Origin: Ranitomeya imitator
Lineage: Eukaryota
Length of the DNA stretch: 64,000 nt
NCBI RefSeq assembly: GCF_032444005.1
Contig: NC_091286.1
Location: forward strand, 50,096,001-50,160,000
Reading direction: 5' to 3'
A program made the translations under genes and the position numbers. Under the pieces are notes generated by a model, which saw only the letters and a program-made list of their open reading frames with translations, was not told the DNA's origin and did not search any database. Positions 23,014-35,524 of the stretch are shown one piece after another (positions within the stretch are counted from its first letter, which is position 1; the number at the start of each line of letters is the position of its first letter).

Positions 23014-24603
23014 TAAGTGTATTCATGAGCTAAACTTGGTCTCCTCACACTCAGCCTGACTGACAGCTGCAGCTTGTACTGAGCAGTGGGAGATCTCCGC
23101 AGGAGCATTGAAGGAAGGACACAGGAGCTGTCAATCAAGCTAGTTGGGTGATGATTAAGTTCTGCTTTATAAATACATTTGGATACATGTCCTCTGACTC
23201 TATTACTAGGCTCAAACTTTCAAATAGGACTATAGTGGGTTTTTATAGTAAATTCACTAGCCTTATCAGGTCTAAAACGTGTGTTAGCGAATGTATGCAG
23301 TGTGTGATGGGCCTGTTTTCAATAAATGCTTGCAGGGACTCGAACATATTTTTCAAGCATGCCGAAGTCACTTGATGAGCACCCGAGCATGCTCAGAATA
23401 ACACCTTATCCCAGCACGTTTGCTCATCGCTGCAAGTCACCCCTAGATGCCCTGCTTGGTGGTGTGCATGAGGCTGTGCATCTGAAGTTTTGGGTTTTTT
23501 TTCTCTGTAAGTCAATTTGTTATAAGTTATTGATTTTCTTTCTAGGTCAGAATGTATTGTGACAGTCATGAATTTTTTAGTTTCCAAGGCAAAAGGCCTT
23601 AAATATATATATTTAAATGTTCCACATTGGTTATGTTGAAATCTAAATGTATATCTATTATTAATAGTTTCTAATGTATACCTATGAGCAATAAAAAATG
23701 AAATTGTGGAGTCCATTTCTCTTTACTAAAAAAAAAAAAAAGCTTGAGGGAATGTTGGTTTAAATAAGGTTTTTCAGTTATTCATGGGTCCAGTGTGGTG
23801 AATGGGGGGGAAAAAACACGAACTGCATGCACCTCCTAGTCCGACACACTTGCGCCGCTTTTAGCGCCATTCTCCTGGAATAAACAATGTCATGTGATGG
23901 CTGCAGCCAATCAGCGGTCTCTGTGACATTTGCAGTGCTCCCATGACATTGTCTATGCTAGGATGAGGGCATGAGCCAAGCCAGAGTGGCCAGTGCGGAG
24001 CGATGGTGATGTAGATATATTTATATATTTCCTGGGCCCATAAATCACCTTTAAAACCTTTACCCCCAAGGGTGGTTTGCACGTTAATGACGAGCCAATT
24101 TTTACAATTCTGACCACTGTCCCTTTATGAGGTTATAACTCTGGAACGCTTCAACGGATCCTGGTGATTCTGACATTTTTTTTTCGTGACATATTGTACT
24201 TCATGATAGTGGTAAAATTTCTTTGATATTACCTGTGTTTATTTGTGAAAAAAACTAATTTGGCGAAAATTCGGAAAATTTCACAATTTTCCAACTTTGA
24301 ATTTTTATGCCCATAAATCACAGAGATATGTCACACAAAATACTTAATAAGTAACATTTACCACATGTCTACTTTACATCAGCACAATTTTTGAACCAAA
24401 GGTTTTTTTTTTTGTTAGGTATTTATAAGTGTTAAAAGTTGACCAGCAATTTCTCATTTTTACAACACCATTTTTTTTTAGGGACTACATCACATTTGAA
24501 GTCACTTTGAGGGGTCTATATGACAGAAAATAACCAAGTGTGACACCATTCTAAAAACTGCACATCTCAAGGTGCTCAAAACCACATTCAAGAAGTTTAT
24601 TAA

Positions 24604-27600
24604 CCCCTTCCCGACCCATGACGCCACGTAGGCGTCATGAAAGTCGGTGCCATTCCGACCCATGACGCCTATGCGGCGTCATGGAAAGATCGCGTCCCTG
24701 CAGATCGGGTGAAAGGGTTAACTCCCATTTCACCCGATCTGCAGGGACAGGGGGAGTGGTAGTTTAGCCCAGGGGGGGTGGCTTCACCCCCTCGTGGCTA
24801 CGATCGCTCTGATTGGCTGTTGAAAGTGAAACTGCCAATCAGAGCGATTTGTAATATTTCACCTATTATAACGGGTGAAATATTACAATCCAGCCATGGC
24901 CGATGCTGAAATATCATCGGCCATGGCTGGAAATACTAGTGTGCCCCCACCCCACCGATCGCCCCCCCAGCCCTCCGATCTGGCCGATACACTGCTCCGG
25001 CTCCCCTCCGTCCAGTGCTCCGCTCCCCCCCGTGCTCTTGTCCGCTCCCCCCGTGCTCCAATCACCCCCCTGCACTCCGATCCACCCCCCCGGTGCTCCG
25101 TTCCAGCCCCCCCGTGCTCCATTCCAGCCCCCCCGTGCTCCGTTCCACGCCCCCCGTGCTCCGTTCCACGCCCCCCGTGCTCCGATCCCCCCCCCCCCCC
25201 CCCGTGTTCCCCCCCCACCCCATCATACTTACTGATCCAGCCGGGGTCCCGTCCGTCTTCTCCCCGGGCGCCGCCATCTTCCAAAATGGCGGGCGCATAC
25301 GCAGTGCGCCCGCCGAATCTGCCAGCCGGCAGATTCGTTCCAAAGTGCATTTTGATCACTGAGATAGATTATATCTCAGTGATCAAAATAAAAAAAATAA
25401 TAAATGACCCCCCCCCCCTTTGTCACCCCCATAGGTAGGGACAATAAAAAAATAAAGACATTTTTTTTTCCCACTAATGTTAGAATAGGGTTAGGGGTAG
25501 GGTTAGGGGTAGGGCTAGGGTTAGGGTTTCGGTATGTGCAGACGTATTCTGGTCCTCTGCGGATTTTTCCGCTGCGGATTTGATAAATCCGCAGTGCTAA
25601 ACCGCTGCGGATTTATGGCGGATTTACCACGGTTTTTCTGCGCATTTCACTGCGGTTTTACAACTGCGATTTTCTATTTGAGCAGTTGTAAAACCGCTGC
25701 GGAATCCACACAAAGAAGTGACATGCTGCGGAATGTAAACCGCTGCGTTTCCGTGCAGTTTTTCCGCAGCATGGGCACAGCGATTTTTGTTTCCCGTAGG
25801 TTTACATTGAACTGTAAACTCATGGGAAACTGCTGCGGATCCGCAGCGTTTTCCGCAGCGTGTGCACATACCTTTAGAATTAGGCTATGTGCACACGGTG
25901 CGGATTTGGCTGCGGATCCGCAGCAGTGTTCAATCAGGTTTACAGTACCATGTAAACATATGAAAAACCAAATCCGCTGTGCCCATGGTGCGGAAAATAC
26001 CGCGCGGAAACGCTGCGTTGTATTTTCCGCAGCATGTCAATTCTTTGTGCGGATTCCGCAGCGAATTACACCTGTTCCTCAATAGGAATCCGCAGGTGAA
26101 ATCCGCACAAAAAACACTGGAAATCTGCGGAAAATCCGCAGGTAAAACGCAGTGCCTTTTACCCGCGGATTTTTCAAAAATGGTGCGAAAATATCTCACA
26201 CGAATCCGCAACGTGGGCACATAGCCTTAGGGTTAGGGTTGGAATTAGGGTTGTGGTTATGGTTAGGGGTGTGTTGGGGTTAGGGTTGTGGTTAGGGGTG
26301 TGTTGCGGTTAGGGTTGTGTTTAGGGTTATGGCTACAGTTGGGATTAGGGTTAGGGGTGTGTTGGGGTTAGTGTTGGAGGTAGAATTGAGGGGTTACCAC
26401 TGTTTAGGCACATCAGGGGTCTCCAAACGCAACATGGCGCCACCATTGATTCCAGCCAATCTCGTATTCAAAAAGTCAAATGGTGCTCCCTCACTTCCGA
26501 GCCCTGACGTGTGCCCAAACAGTGGTTTACCCCCACATATGGGGTACCAGCATACTCAGGACAAACTGCGCAACAATTACTGGGGTCCAATTTCTCCTGT
26601 TACCCTTGTGAATCAAAAAAAATGCTTGCTAAAACATAATTTTTGAGGAAAGAAAAATGATTTTTTATTTTCACGGCTCTGCGTTGTAAATGTCTGTGAA
26701 GCACTTGGGGGTTCAAAGTGCTCACCACATATCTAGATAAGTTCCTTGGGGGGTCTAATGTCTAAAATGGGGTCACTTGTGGGGGTTTCTACTGTTTAGG
26801 CACACCAGGGGCTCTGCAAACGCAACGTGACACCCGCAGACCATTCCATCAAAGTCTGCATTTCAAAAGTCACTACTTCCCTTCTGAGCCCCGACGTGTG
26901 CCCAAACAGTGGTTTACCCCCACTCATGGGGTATCAGCGTACTCAGGAGAAACTGGACAACAACTTTTGGGGTCCAATTTCTCCTGTAACCCTTGGGAAA
27001 ATAAAAAATTCTGGGCTAAATAATTATTTTTGAGGAAAGAAAACGTATTTATTATTTTCACGGCTCTGCATTATAAACTTCTATGAAGCACTTGGGGGTT
27101 CAAAGTGCTCACCACACATCTAGATAAGTTCCTTTCGGGGTCTAGTTTCCAAAATGGGGTCACTTATGGGGGGTTTCTACTGTTTAGGCACATCAGGGGC
27201 TCTGCAAACGCAACGTGACGCCCGCAGAGCATTCCATCAAAGTCTGCATTTCAAAACGTCACTACTTCAATTCCAAGCCCCGGCATGTGCCCAAACAGTA
27301 GTTTACCCCCACATATGGGGTATCACCGTACTCAGGAGAAACGACAACAAACCTTGGGGTCAAATTTCTCCTGTTACCCTTGGGAAAATTAAAAAATTCT
27401 GGGCTAAATAATTATTTTTGAGGAAAGAAAACGTATTTATTATTTTCACGGCTCTGCATTATAAACTTCTATGAAGCGCTTGGGGGTTCAAAGTGCTCAC
27501 CACACATCTAGATAAGTTCCTTTCGGGGTCTAGTTTCCAAAATGCGGTCACTTGTGGGGGGTTTCTACTGTTAAGCCACATCAGGGGCTCTGCAAACGCA

Positions 27601-29983
27601 ACGTGACGCCCACAGAGCATTCCATCAAAGTCTGCATTTCAAAACGTCACTACTTCACTTCCGAGCCCCGGCATGTGCCCAAACAGTGATTTACCCCCAC
27701 ATATGGGGTATCATCGTACTCAGGAGAAACTGGACAACAACTTTTGGGGTCCAATTTCTCCTGTTACCCTTGGGAAAATAAAAAATTGCAGGCTAAAAGA
27801 TCATTTTTGAGAAAATAATTTTTTTTTTTTTTCATGGCTCTGCGTTATAAACTTCTGTGAAGCACTTGGGGGTTCAAAGTCCTCACCACACATCTAGATT
27901 AGTTCCTTTGGGGGTCTAGTTTCCAAAATGGTGTCATTTCTGGGGGATCTCCAATGTTTAGGCACACAGGGGCTCTCCAAACGTGACATGGTGTCCGCTA
28001 ATGATTGGAGCTAATTTTCCATTTAAAAAGCCAAATGACGTGCCATCCCTTCCGAGCCCTGCCGTGCGCCCAAACAGTGGTTTACCCCCACATATGGGGT
28101 ATCTGCATACTCAGGACAAACAGGACAACAATATTTGGGGTCCAATTTCTCCTATTATCCTTGGCAAAATAGGAAATTCCAGGCTAAAAAATCATTTTTG
28201 AGGAAAGAAAAATTATTTTTTATTTTCATGGCTCTGCGTTATAAACTTCTGTGAAGCACCTGGGGGTTTAAAGTGCTCAATATGCATCTAGATAAGTTCC
28301 TTGGGGGGTCTAGTTTCCAAAATGGGGTCACTTGTGGGGGAGCTCCAATGTTTAGGCACACAGGGGCTCTCCAAACGCGACATGGTGTCCGCTAACAATT
28401 GGAGCTAATTTTCCATTCAAAAAGTCAAATGGCGCGCCTTCCCTTCCGAGCCCTGCCGAGTGCCCAAACAGTGGTTTACCCCCACATATGAGGTATCGAC
28501 GTACTCGGGAGAAATTGCCCAACAAATTTTATGATCCATTTTACCCTACTGCCCATGTGAAAATGAAAAAATTGAGGCGAAAAGAATTTTTTTGTGGAAA
28601 AAAAGTACTTTTTCATTTTTACAGATCAATTTGTGAAGCACCTGAGGGTTTAAAGTGCTCACTAGGCATCTAAATAAGTTCCTTGGGGGGTCTAGTTTCC
28701 AAAATGGGGTCACTTGTGGGGGAGCGCCAATGTTTAGGCACACAGGAGCTCTCCAAACGCGACATGGTGTCCGCTAACGATGGAAATAATTTTTCATTCA
28801 AAAAGTCAAATGGCGCTCCTTCCCTTCCGAGCCTTACCATGTGCCCAAACAGTGGTTTACCCCCACATGTGAGGTATTGGTGTACTCAGGAGAAATTGCC
28901 CAACACATTTTAGGATCCATTTTATCCTGTTGCCCATGTGAAAATGAAAAAATTGAGGCTAAAAGAATTTTTTTGTGAAAAAAAGTACTTTTTCATTTTT
29001 ACGGATCAATTTGTGAAGCACCTGGGGGTTCAAAGTGCTCACTATGCATCTAGATAAGTTCCTTGGGGCGTCTAGTTTCCAAAATGGGGTCACTTGTGGG
29101 GGAGCTCCAATTTTTAGGCACACGGGGGCTCTCCAAACGTGACATGGTGTCCGCTAAAGAGTGGAGCCAATTTTTGATTCAAAAAGTCAAATGGCGCTCC
29201 TTCCCTTCCAAGCCCTGCCGTGCGCCCAAACAGTGGTTTACCCCCACATATGAGGTATCAGCGTACTCAGGACAAATTGGACAACAACTTTCGTGGTTCA
29301 GTTTCTCCTTTTACCATTGGGAAAATCAAAAAATTGTTGCTAAAAGATAATTTTTGTGACTAAAAAGTTAAATGTTCATTTTTTCCTTCCATGTTGCTTC
29401 TGCTGCTGTGAAGCACCTGAAGGGTTAATAAACTTCTTGAATGTGGTTTTGAGTACCTTGAGGGGTGCAGTTTTTAGAATGGTGTCACTTTTGGGTATTT
29501 TCAGCCATATAGACCCCTCAAACTGACTTCAAATGTGAGGTGGTCCCTAAAAAAAATGGTTTTGTAAATTTCGTTGTAAAAATGACAAATCGCTGGTCAA
29601 ATTTTAACCCTTATAACTTCCTAACAAAAAAAAATTTTGTTTCCAAAATTGTGCTGATGTAAAGTAAACATGTGGGAAATGTTATTTATTAACTATTTTG
29701 TGTCACATATCTCTCTGGTTTAACAGAATAAAAATTCAAAATGTGAAAATTGCGAAAGTTTCAAAATTTTCGCCAAATTTCCGTTTTTATCACAAATAAA
29801 CGCAGAATTTATTGACCTAAATTTACCACTAACATGAAGCCCAATATGTCACGAAAAAACAATCTCAGAACCGCTAGGATCCGTTGAAGCGTTCCTGAGT
29901 TATTACCTCATAAAGGGACACTGGTCAGAATTGCAAAAAACGGCAAGGTCTTTAAGGTCAAAATAGGCTGGGTCATGAAGGGG
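24604..29983 (-). mobile_element. Complete 5.4-kb non-autonomous piggyBac-like element nested at an internal TTAA
   Basis: TTAA|CCCCTTCCCGACCC ... GGGTCATGAAGGGG|TTAA; terminal repeats 12/14 identical; TTAA duplication; no transposase ORF. Confidence 0.88.
26401..29310. repeat. Internal tandem array, 8 units of 380-394 bp
   Basis: TGTTTAGGCA-type anchor at 26401, 26793, 27181, 27569, 27955, 28349, 28731, 29111. Confidence 0.9.
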
Positions 29984-31201
29984 TTAACCATTGGAATTTT
30001 TGAAATGTTTTTTTAAAAAAAATGAACGCTTAACTTTTTTTTCACAAAAAATTTACTTCAGCTCCAATTTGTTTTATTTTGCCAAGGGTAACAGGAGAAA
30101 TTGGACCCCAAAAGTTGTTGTAAAATTTGTCCTGAGTACACTGATACCCCATATGTGGGGGTAAACCACTGGGCGCATGGCAGAGCTCGGAAGCGAAGGA
30201 GCGCCATTTGACTTTTCAATGCAAAATTGACTGGAATTGAGATGGGACGCCATGTCTCATTTGGAGAGCCCCTGATGTGCCTAAACATTGAAACCCCCCA
30301 CAAGTAACACCGTTTTGGAAAGTAGACCCCCTAAGGAACTTATCTAGATGTGTGGTGACCACTTTGACCCACCAATTGCTTCACAGAAGTTTATGATGTA
30401 GAGCCGTAAAAATAAAAAAATCATATTTTTTCGCAAAAATTTATCTTTTCGCCCTCAATTTTTTATTTTCCCAAGGGTAACAGAAGAAATTGTCACAGTA
30501 AAGTGACAGATTGCTGATTTGACATTTTGCAATGCACTGTGTCAGATCAGCGATCTGACAGGCAGTGCAGGGAGGCTTCCCGGCGCCTGCTCAGGCGCTT
30601 GAAAGCCACCTCCCTGCAGGACCCAGAAGGCCCCCGTGGCCATTTTGGATCCAGGCCTGCAGGGAGGAGGAGGTAGGAGACGTTGCTCCGAGGGTCTCGG
30701 GGAAGTACGCAGGGAGCCCCCTCCCTGCGCGATGCTTCCCTATGCCGCCGGAACGCTGCGATCATCTTTGATCGCAGTGTGCCGCGGTTAATGTGCCGGG
30801 AGTGGTTCGTGACCCTTCCTGGCACATAGTGCCGGATGTCAGCTGTAATAATCAGCTGACACCCGACGTCGATCGCCTATGACGTACTATCCAGTGACTG
30901 GGGTATGGGATAAAGGGGTTAATGTAGGGAAAAAAACCTTACTCATGTACTTAAAAATACTATAGCTTTCTATTCTACATACAGAGAATTTATTAATGCA
31001 ATTTTACTTTTTTTCTCACGCAAAGTAAGCAGGATGGGCCATGCTTTATAATTTAAAACCAGAAAATGGCACAAAAATGTTCCGTAATGGGTGTAGATTA
31101 CATTTTTTGACATTGACAGCCTGCAATGCATTTTATAATACTCTTGATGGGGCCTAAAATGTATTGGCATTGTATTTTGTCTGTCCAAGATCTTGTGTTA
31201 A

Positions 31202-31477
31202 AAGGAGTCTGTCAGCATAGAATGATCGCTCAAGCCAAATATAGGCTCTCGGTGCACCCTTGGTGTGACCAAACATTTACGTGCACCTGCTTGTTTTCCG
31301 CCTTTCTGCTTTTCTGTGGCTCTATAAGACCAGAGCTGTCAATCACAATAGAGGGGATTGGGGGAGAGAGAGGGGATAACAAGTAGGTGTGAAGTGCACT
31401 GAACTGTTTTGCTACACCAAGGGTGCACCGAGAGCGCTTGCTTGTTTCAACAGTCATTCTGTGTTGAAAGACCCCCT
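31202..31477. mobile_element. T2-like MITE
   Basis: TTAA|AAGGAGTCTGTCAGC start and ...GAAAGACCCCCT|TTA end, with internal inverted repeats. Confidence 0.5.
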
Positions 31478-32165
31478 TTACAGGGAACCTGTTCCTGATT
31501 CTCTGCAAATGATTGATAGGTATTTGCCATAGTGAGAGACCTGGTTAATCGCCTGTAGTAGTGCTGGAAAAAGACCGCCACGACTAGCCTCGTATTCAGC
31601 TATGGTCAGCCGGATCTTTTAAATCCTCTTTCCTCTAAGACGAAGAGAAAAATATACCTGGCTGTAAACGAGCAACCAGGATCTGACTCGTGGTGCTCAT
31701 CGATTCGACAGCATTAATCATGTATCAGGTTTCCTAGAAGATGAATATAAAGCTTGGATGCTAGAATCAGCTTTTTTGCAAAACTAAAAATTCAGGGCGT
31801 CAGACATATCGCTTCTAGTTAGGCAGCATGTTTGATTTTGTACTTCTATTCGTTAAAGGAAATTATCATCAGAAATTTACATGTTTAAAATAGATTATAT
31901 GTTAAATGTATTTAAGATCAAATTGCAAATTTTTTTTTTCTTATGTGTCTTTAAAACGATATATATACAGTATATGGGCCCTTTGCTGGCCTAGAGCTCA
32001 TCGTAATGCACAATTCCAACTGCTTTGAAGGTAGAAATGGGCCCCTGTGTGACAGCACAGATTTCACCAATCATATGTCCGCCCTCATGAGAGAAGTACT
32101 TCATTTTCCTGAAAAATTTCAAGGGTGCCAACACTTTCAGCCATGACAGTGTGTGTGTTTACATA

Positions 32166-33701
32166 CACCGTTATGGCTGAAGGTATTTCTCCAATACAAT
32201 TATTGCAGTTACACATGTTTATATTTCCTTTGTGTGTATTAGAAGAACACACAGAACAAATAAATGGGCTTAACTTAGCACAAAACCACAAAAAGGAGCC
32301 AGACAAAATTGTCACCCTCAACTTAAAATTTGTTTGTACACTCTTTAGATTAAATAATTGCAATCAATCGCTTCCTCTAACCATCAACAAGCTTCTTGCA
32401 CCTCTCCACTGGAATTTTGGACCGCTTTTATTCTGCAAACTGCTCCAGAGCTCTCATATTTGAAGGTGCCTTTTCCCAACAGCAATCTCTATCCATCAAA
32501 ATCTCTCCACAGGTGGTCAATGTCATTTAGGTCCGTACTCATTGCTGGTCTCTTCTCAGAACTCTCTAGTGCTCGGTTTCCATCCATTTATTGTTTCTTT
32601 TTGAAGTATGGCTTGGGTCATTGTCCTGTTGGATAATCCATGACCATGGACCCAAACCCAGCTTTCTCACACTGGGCACTACATTGCAACCCAAAAGCCT
32701 TTGCTGATCTTCAGATTCCATGATGCCTTGCACCCTGTGCCAAAAGAAGCAAAACAACCCCAAAATCTCTTTGAACTTCAACAATATTTTATTTTAGGTA
32801 CTGTGTTCTTTTCTTTGTAGACCTCATTCAGTTTTCGGTAAACAGTAGAATGATGTGTTTTACCAAATTACTCTATCTTGGTCTCATCTGTCCACAAGAT
32901 GCTTTCCCAAAAGGATTTTGGCTTGTTCACGACCATTTTGGCAAACTGCAACCTAGCTTTTTTATACCTCTGTGTCAGCAGTGTGTCCTCCTGGGTCTCC
33001 TGCCATAGTGTTTCATTTCATTCAAATGTTGACCGATAGTTCTTGCTGACACTGATGCACTTTAACCCTGCAGGACAGCTTGAATTGAATTTCTTTGGAA
33101 CTTGATTGGGACTGCTTATCCACCATCCGGACTATCCTGCGTTGCAACCTTTCATCAAGGTTTCTCTACCATCCAGGGAGATTAGCTACAGTGACATGGA
33201 TTATAAACTTCTTGATTATGTTACGCAGACTTGACAAAGGAGCATTACGATCTCAGGAGATGGACTTGTAACCTTGAGTGTTGATATTTTTTAACAATTT
33301 TAATTCTCAAGTCCTCAGACAGTTATCTTTTTCTGTTCTCCATGCTTAGTGTGGCACACACAATGTAAAGACGGAGTCATCTCCCCTTTCCATCTGGTTT
33401 CAGGTGTGATTTTTCATATTGTTCACACCTGTTATTTGCCACAGGTGAGTTTGAACGAGCATCACATACTTGAAACAAAGTTGGTTGCCCACAATTTTGG
33501 AAAGGTGACAACAATTTTGTCCAGACCATTTTTTTTATCTTTTTGTGTGAAATTATGTTCAATTTGCCTTTGTTCTTGTGTTTCAATGCAGCCTAAGGAA
33601 ATGTGTATAAGAAAACGTGTAATTGCAGGAATTTTCTGGGAGAAATATTGTATTTGCTGGAACAATTTCAACAACGTTACCAACGCTTTCAGCCATGATT
33701 G
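32166..33701 (-). mobile_element. Degenerate Tc1-like transposon
   Basis: TIR-like CACCGTTATGGCTGAA / TTTCAGCCATGATTG; transposase relic WIIQQDNDPSHTSK on the minus strand. Confidence 0.85.
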
Positions 33702-34092
33702 TCTGTGTGTATATGTATATATATATATACACACACATATACATACACACGTGCTTCTCACAAAATTAGAATAACATCAAAAACTTAATTTATTGTAGTT
33801 CTTCAATGCAAAAAGTAAAACTCTATATAATGAGTCATTACAAACTGTGATCTATTTCCAGTGTTTATTTCTGTTAATGTTGATGATTATGGCTTACAGC
33901 CAATGAAAACACAAAATTCTTTATCTCAGTAAAATAAGAAAAAAACACCTGGAAAGGCTTCCTAAGCATTTAAAGAGGTCCCTTAGCTTTACTTTTTAGA
34001 CCTCTTAGGGACTTGAACCTGTGATCGGCTGAGAGCATCTACTATATACTGTACAGCTGGGATGCACTACCTTTTTGTGGTCCATGGTTTAC

Positions 34093-34410
34093 ATTACATA
34101 GTAACATAGTTAGTAAGGCCGAAAAAAGACATTTGTCCATCCAGTTCAGCCTATATTCCATCATAATAAATCCCCAGATCTACGTCCTTCTACAGAACCT
34201 AATAATTGTATGATACAATATTGTTCTGCTCCAGGAAGACATCCAGGCCTCTCTTGAACCCCTCGACTGAGTTCGCCATCACCACCTCCTCAGGCAAGCA
34301 ATTCCAGATTCTCACTGCCCTAACAGTAAAGAATCCTCTTCTATGTTGGTGGAAAAACCTTCTCTCCTCCAGACGCAAAGAATGCCCCCTTGTGCCCGTC
34401 ACCTTCCTTA
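34093..34410 (-). mobile_element. CR1 LINE 3' fragment
   Basis: TRGHSLRLEERRF...FFTVRAVRIWNCLPEEVV...FKRGLDVFL plus (ACTATGTT)-type 3' tail. Confidence 0.9.
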
Positions 34411-34534
34411 GTTAAGTTTAACAATCAGGACGCTGTACTAAAAATTATAGGGATATTGACTTACTTGACATTTATAGGATACTAGATGGTGGCCCGATTC
34501 TAACGCATCGGGTATTCTAGAATATGCATGTCCA

Positions 34535-35095
34535 CATAGTATATTTCCCAGTCACGTAGTATATTGCCCAGCCACGTAGTATATTGCCCAGCCACGTATA
34601 TTGCCCAGTTACGTGGTATATTGCGCAGTCACGTATACAGCACAGAGCCATGTAGTATATTGCCCAGCGACGTATTCAGCACAGAGCCACGTAGTTTGTT
34701 GCCCAGTCAAGCAGTATATTGCCCAGCCACGTAGTATATTGCCCAGTCACATAGTATATAGCCCAGCCACGTAGTATATTGCCCAGCTACGTAGTATATT
34801 GCCCAGCCACGTAGTATATTGCCCAGCTATGTAGTATATTGCCCAGTTACGTAGTATATTGCGCAGTCACATAGTATACAGCACAGAGCCATGTAGTATA
34901 TTGCCCAGTCATGTAGTATATTGCCCAGTCACGTATATTGCCCAGCGATGTAGTATGTTGCCCAGTCAAGTAGTATATTGCCCAGCCACGTAGTATTTTG
35001 CCCAGCCACGTAGTATTCAGCACAGAGCCACGTAGTATATTGCCCAGTCACGTAGTATATTGGCCAGTCACGTAGGTATATAACACTGCCCACGC
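34535..35095. repeat. About 20-bp minisatellite inside Helitron
   Basis: Unit GTAGTATATTGCCCAGCCAC. Confidence 0.9.
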
Positions 35096-35524
35096 AGTAT
35101 TTAGCAGTATGTGCACCATATCCCTGTTAAAAAAAAAAAAAATTAAAATAAAAAATAGTTATATACTCACCCCTGGGATCTAGCGAAGCTGTGTGATGCG
35201 GCCGCCATCTTCCGTTCCCAAGATGCATTGCAAAATTACCCAGATGACTTGGCGGTCTCGGGAGACCGCTAAGTCTTCTGGGTAAGTTTGCAATGCATCT
35301 CTGGGAACGGAAGATGGCGGCCGGTGCGAGTGCATCGTCCGACGACAGAAGGTGAGAATAGTAGAATTGTTTTTTTATTTTTAACATTACATCTTTTTAC
35401 TATTGATGCTGCATAGGCGGCATCAATAGTAAAAACTTGGTCACACAGGGTTAATAGCAGCGGATACCGAGTGCGTTACCGCTGGCATTAACCCTGTGTG
35501 AGTGGTGACTGGAGGGGATGATGG

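Larger units (their letters stand above)
24055..30918 (+). mobile_element. piggyBac-like non-autonomous element (second subfamily), host of the nested copy
   Basis: TTAA|AACCTTTACCCCCAAGGG start; ends ...AAAGGGG|TTAA (30919-22). Sequence before 24600 and after 29987 is collinear with the family layout. Confidence 0.7.

Noticed and set aside
26401-29310. CRISPR-like or gene-cluster interpretation of regular repeats here and elsewhere
   Set aside because: Units are contiguous with no unique spacers, and the context is eukaryotic with no cas genes.
33990-34085. tRNA gene (B-box GGTTCAAGTCC on minus, 34009-34019)
   Set aside because: No cloverleaf; at most a SINE-head relic.
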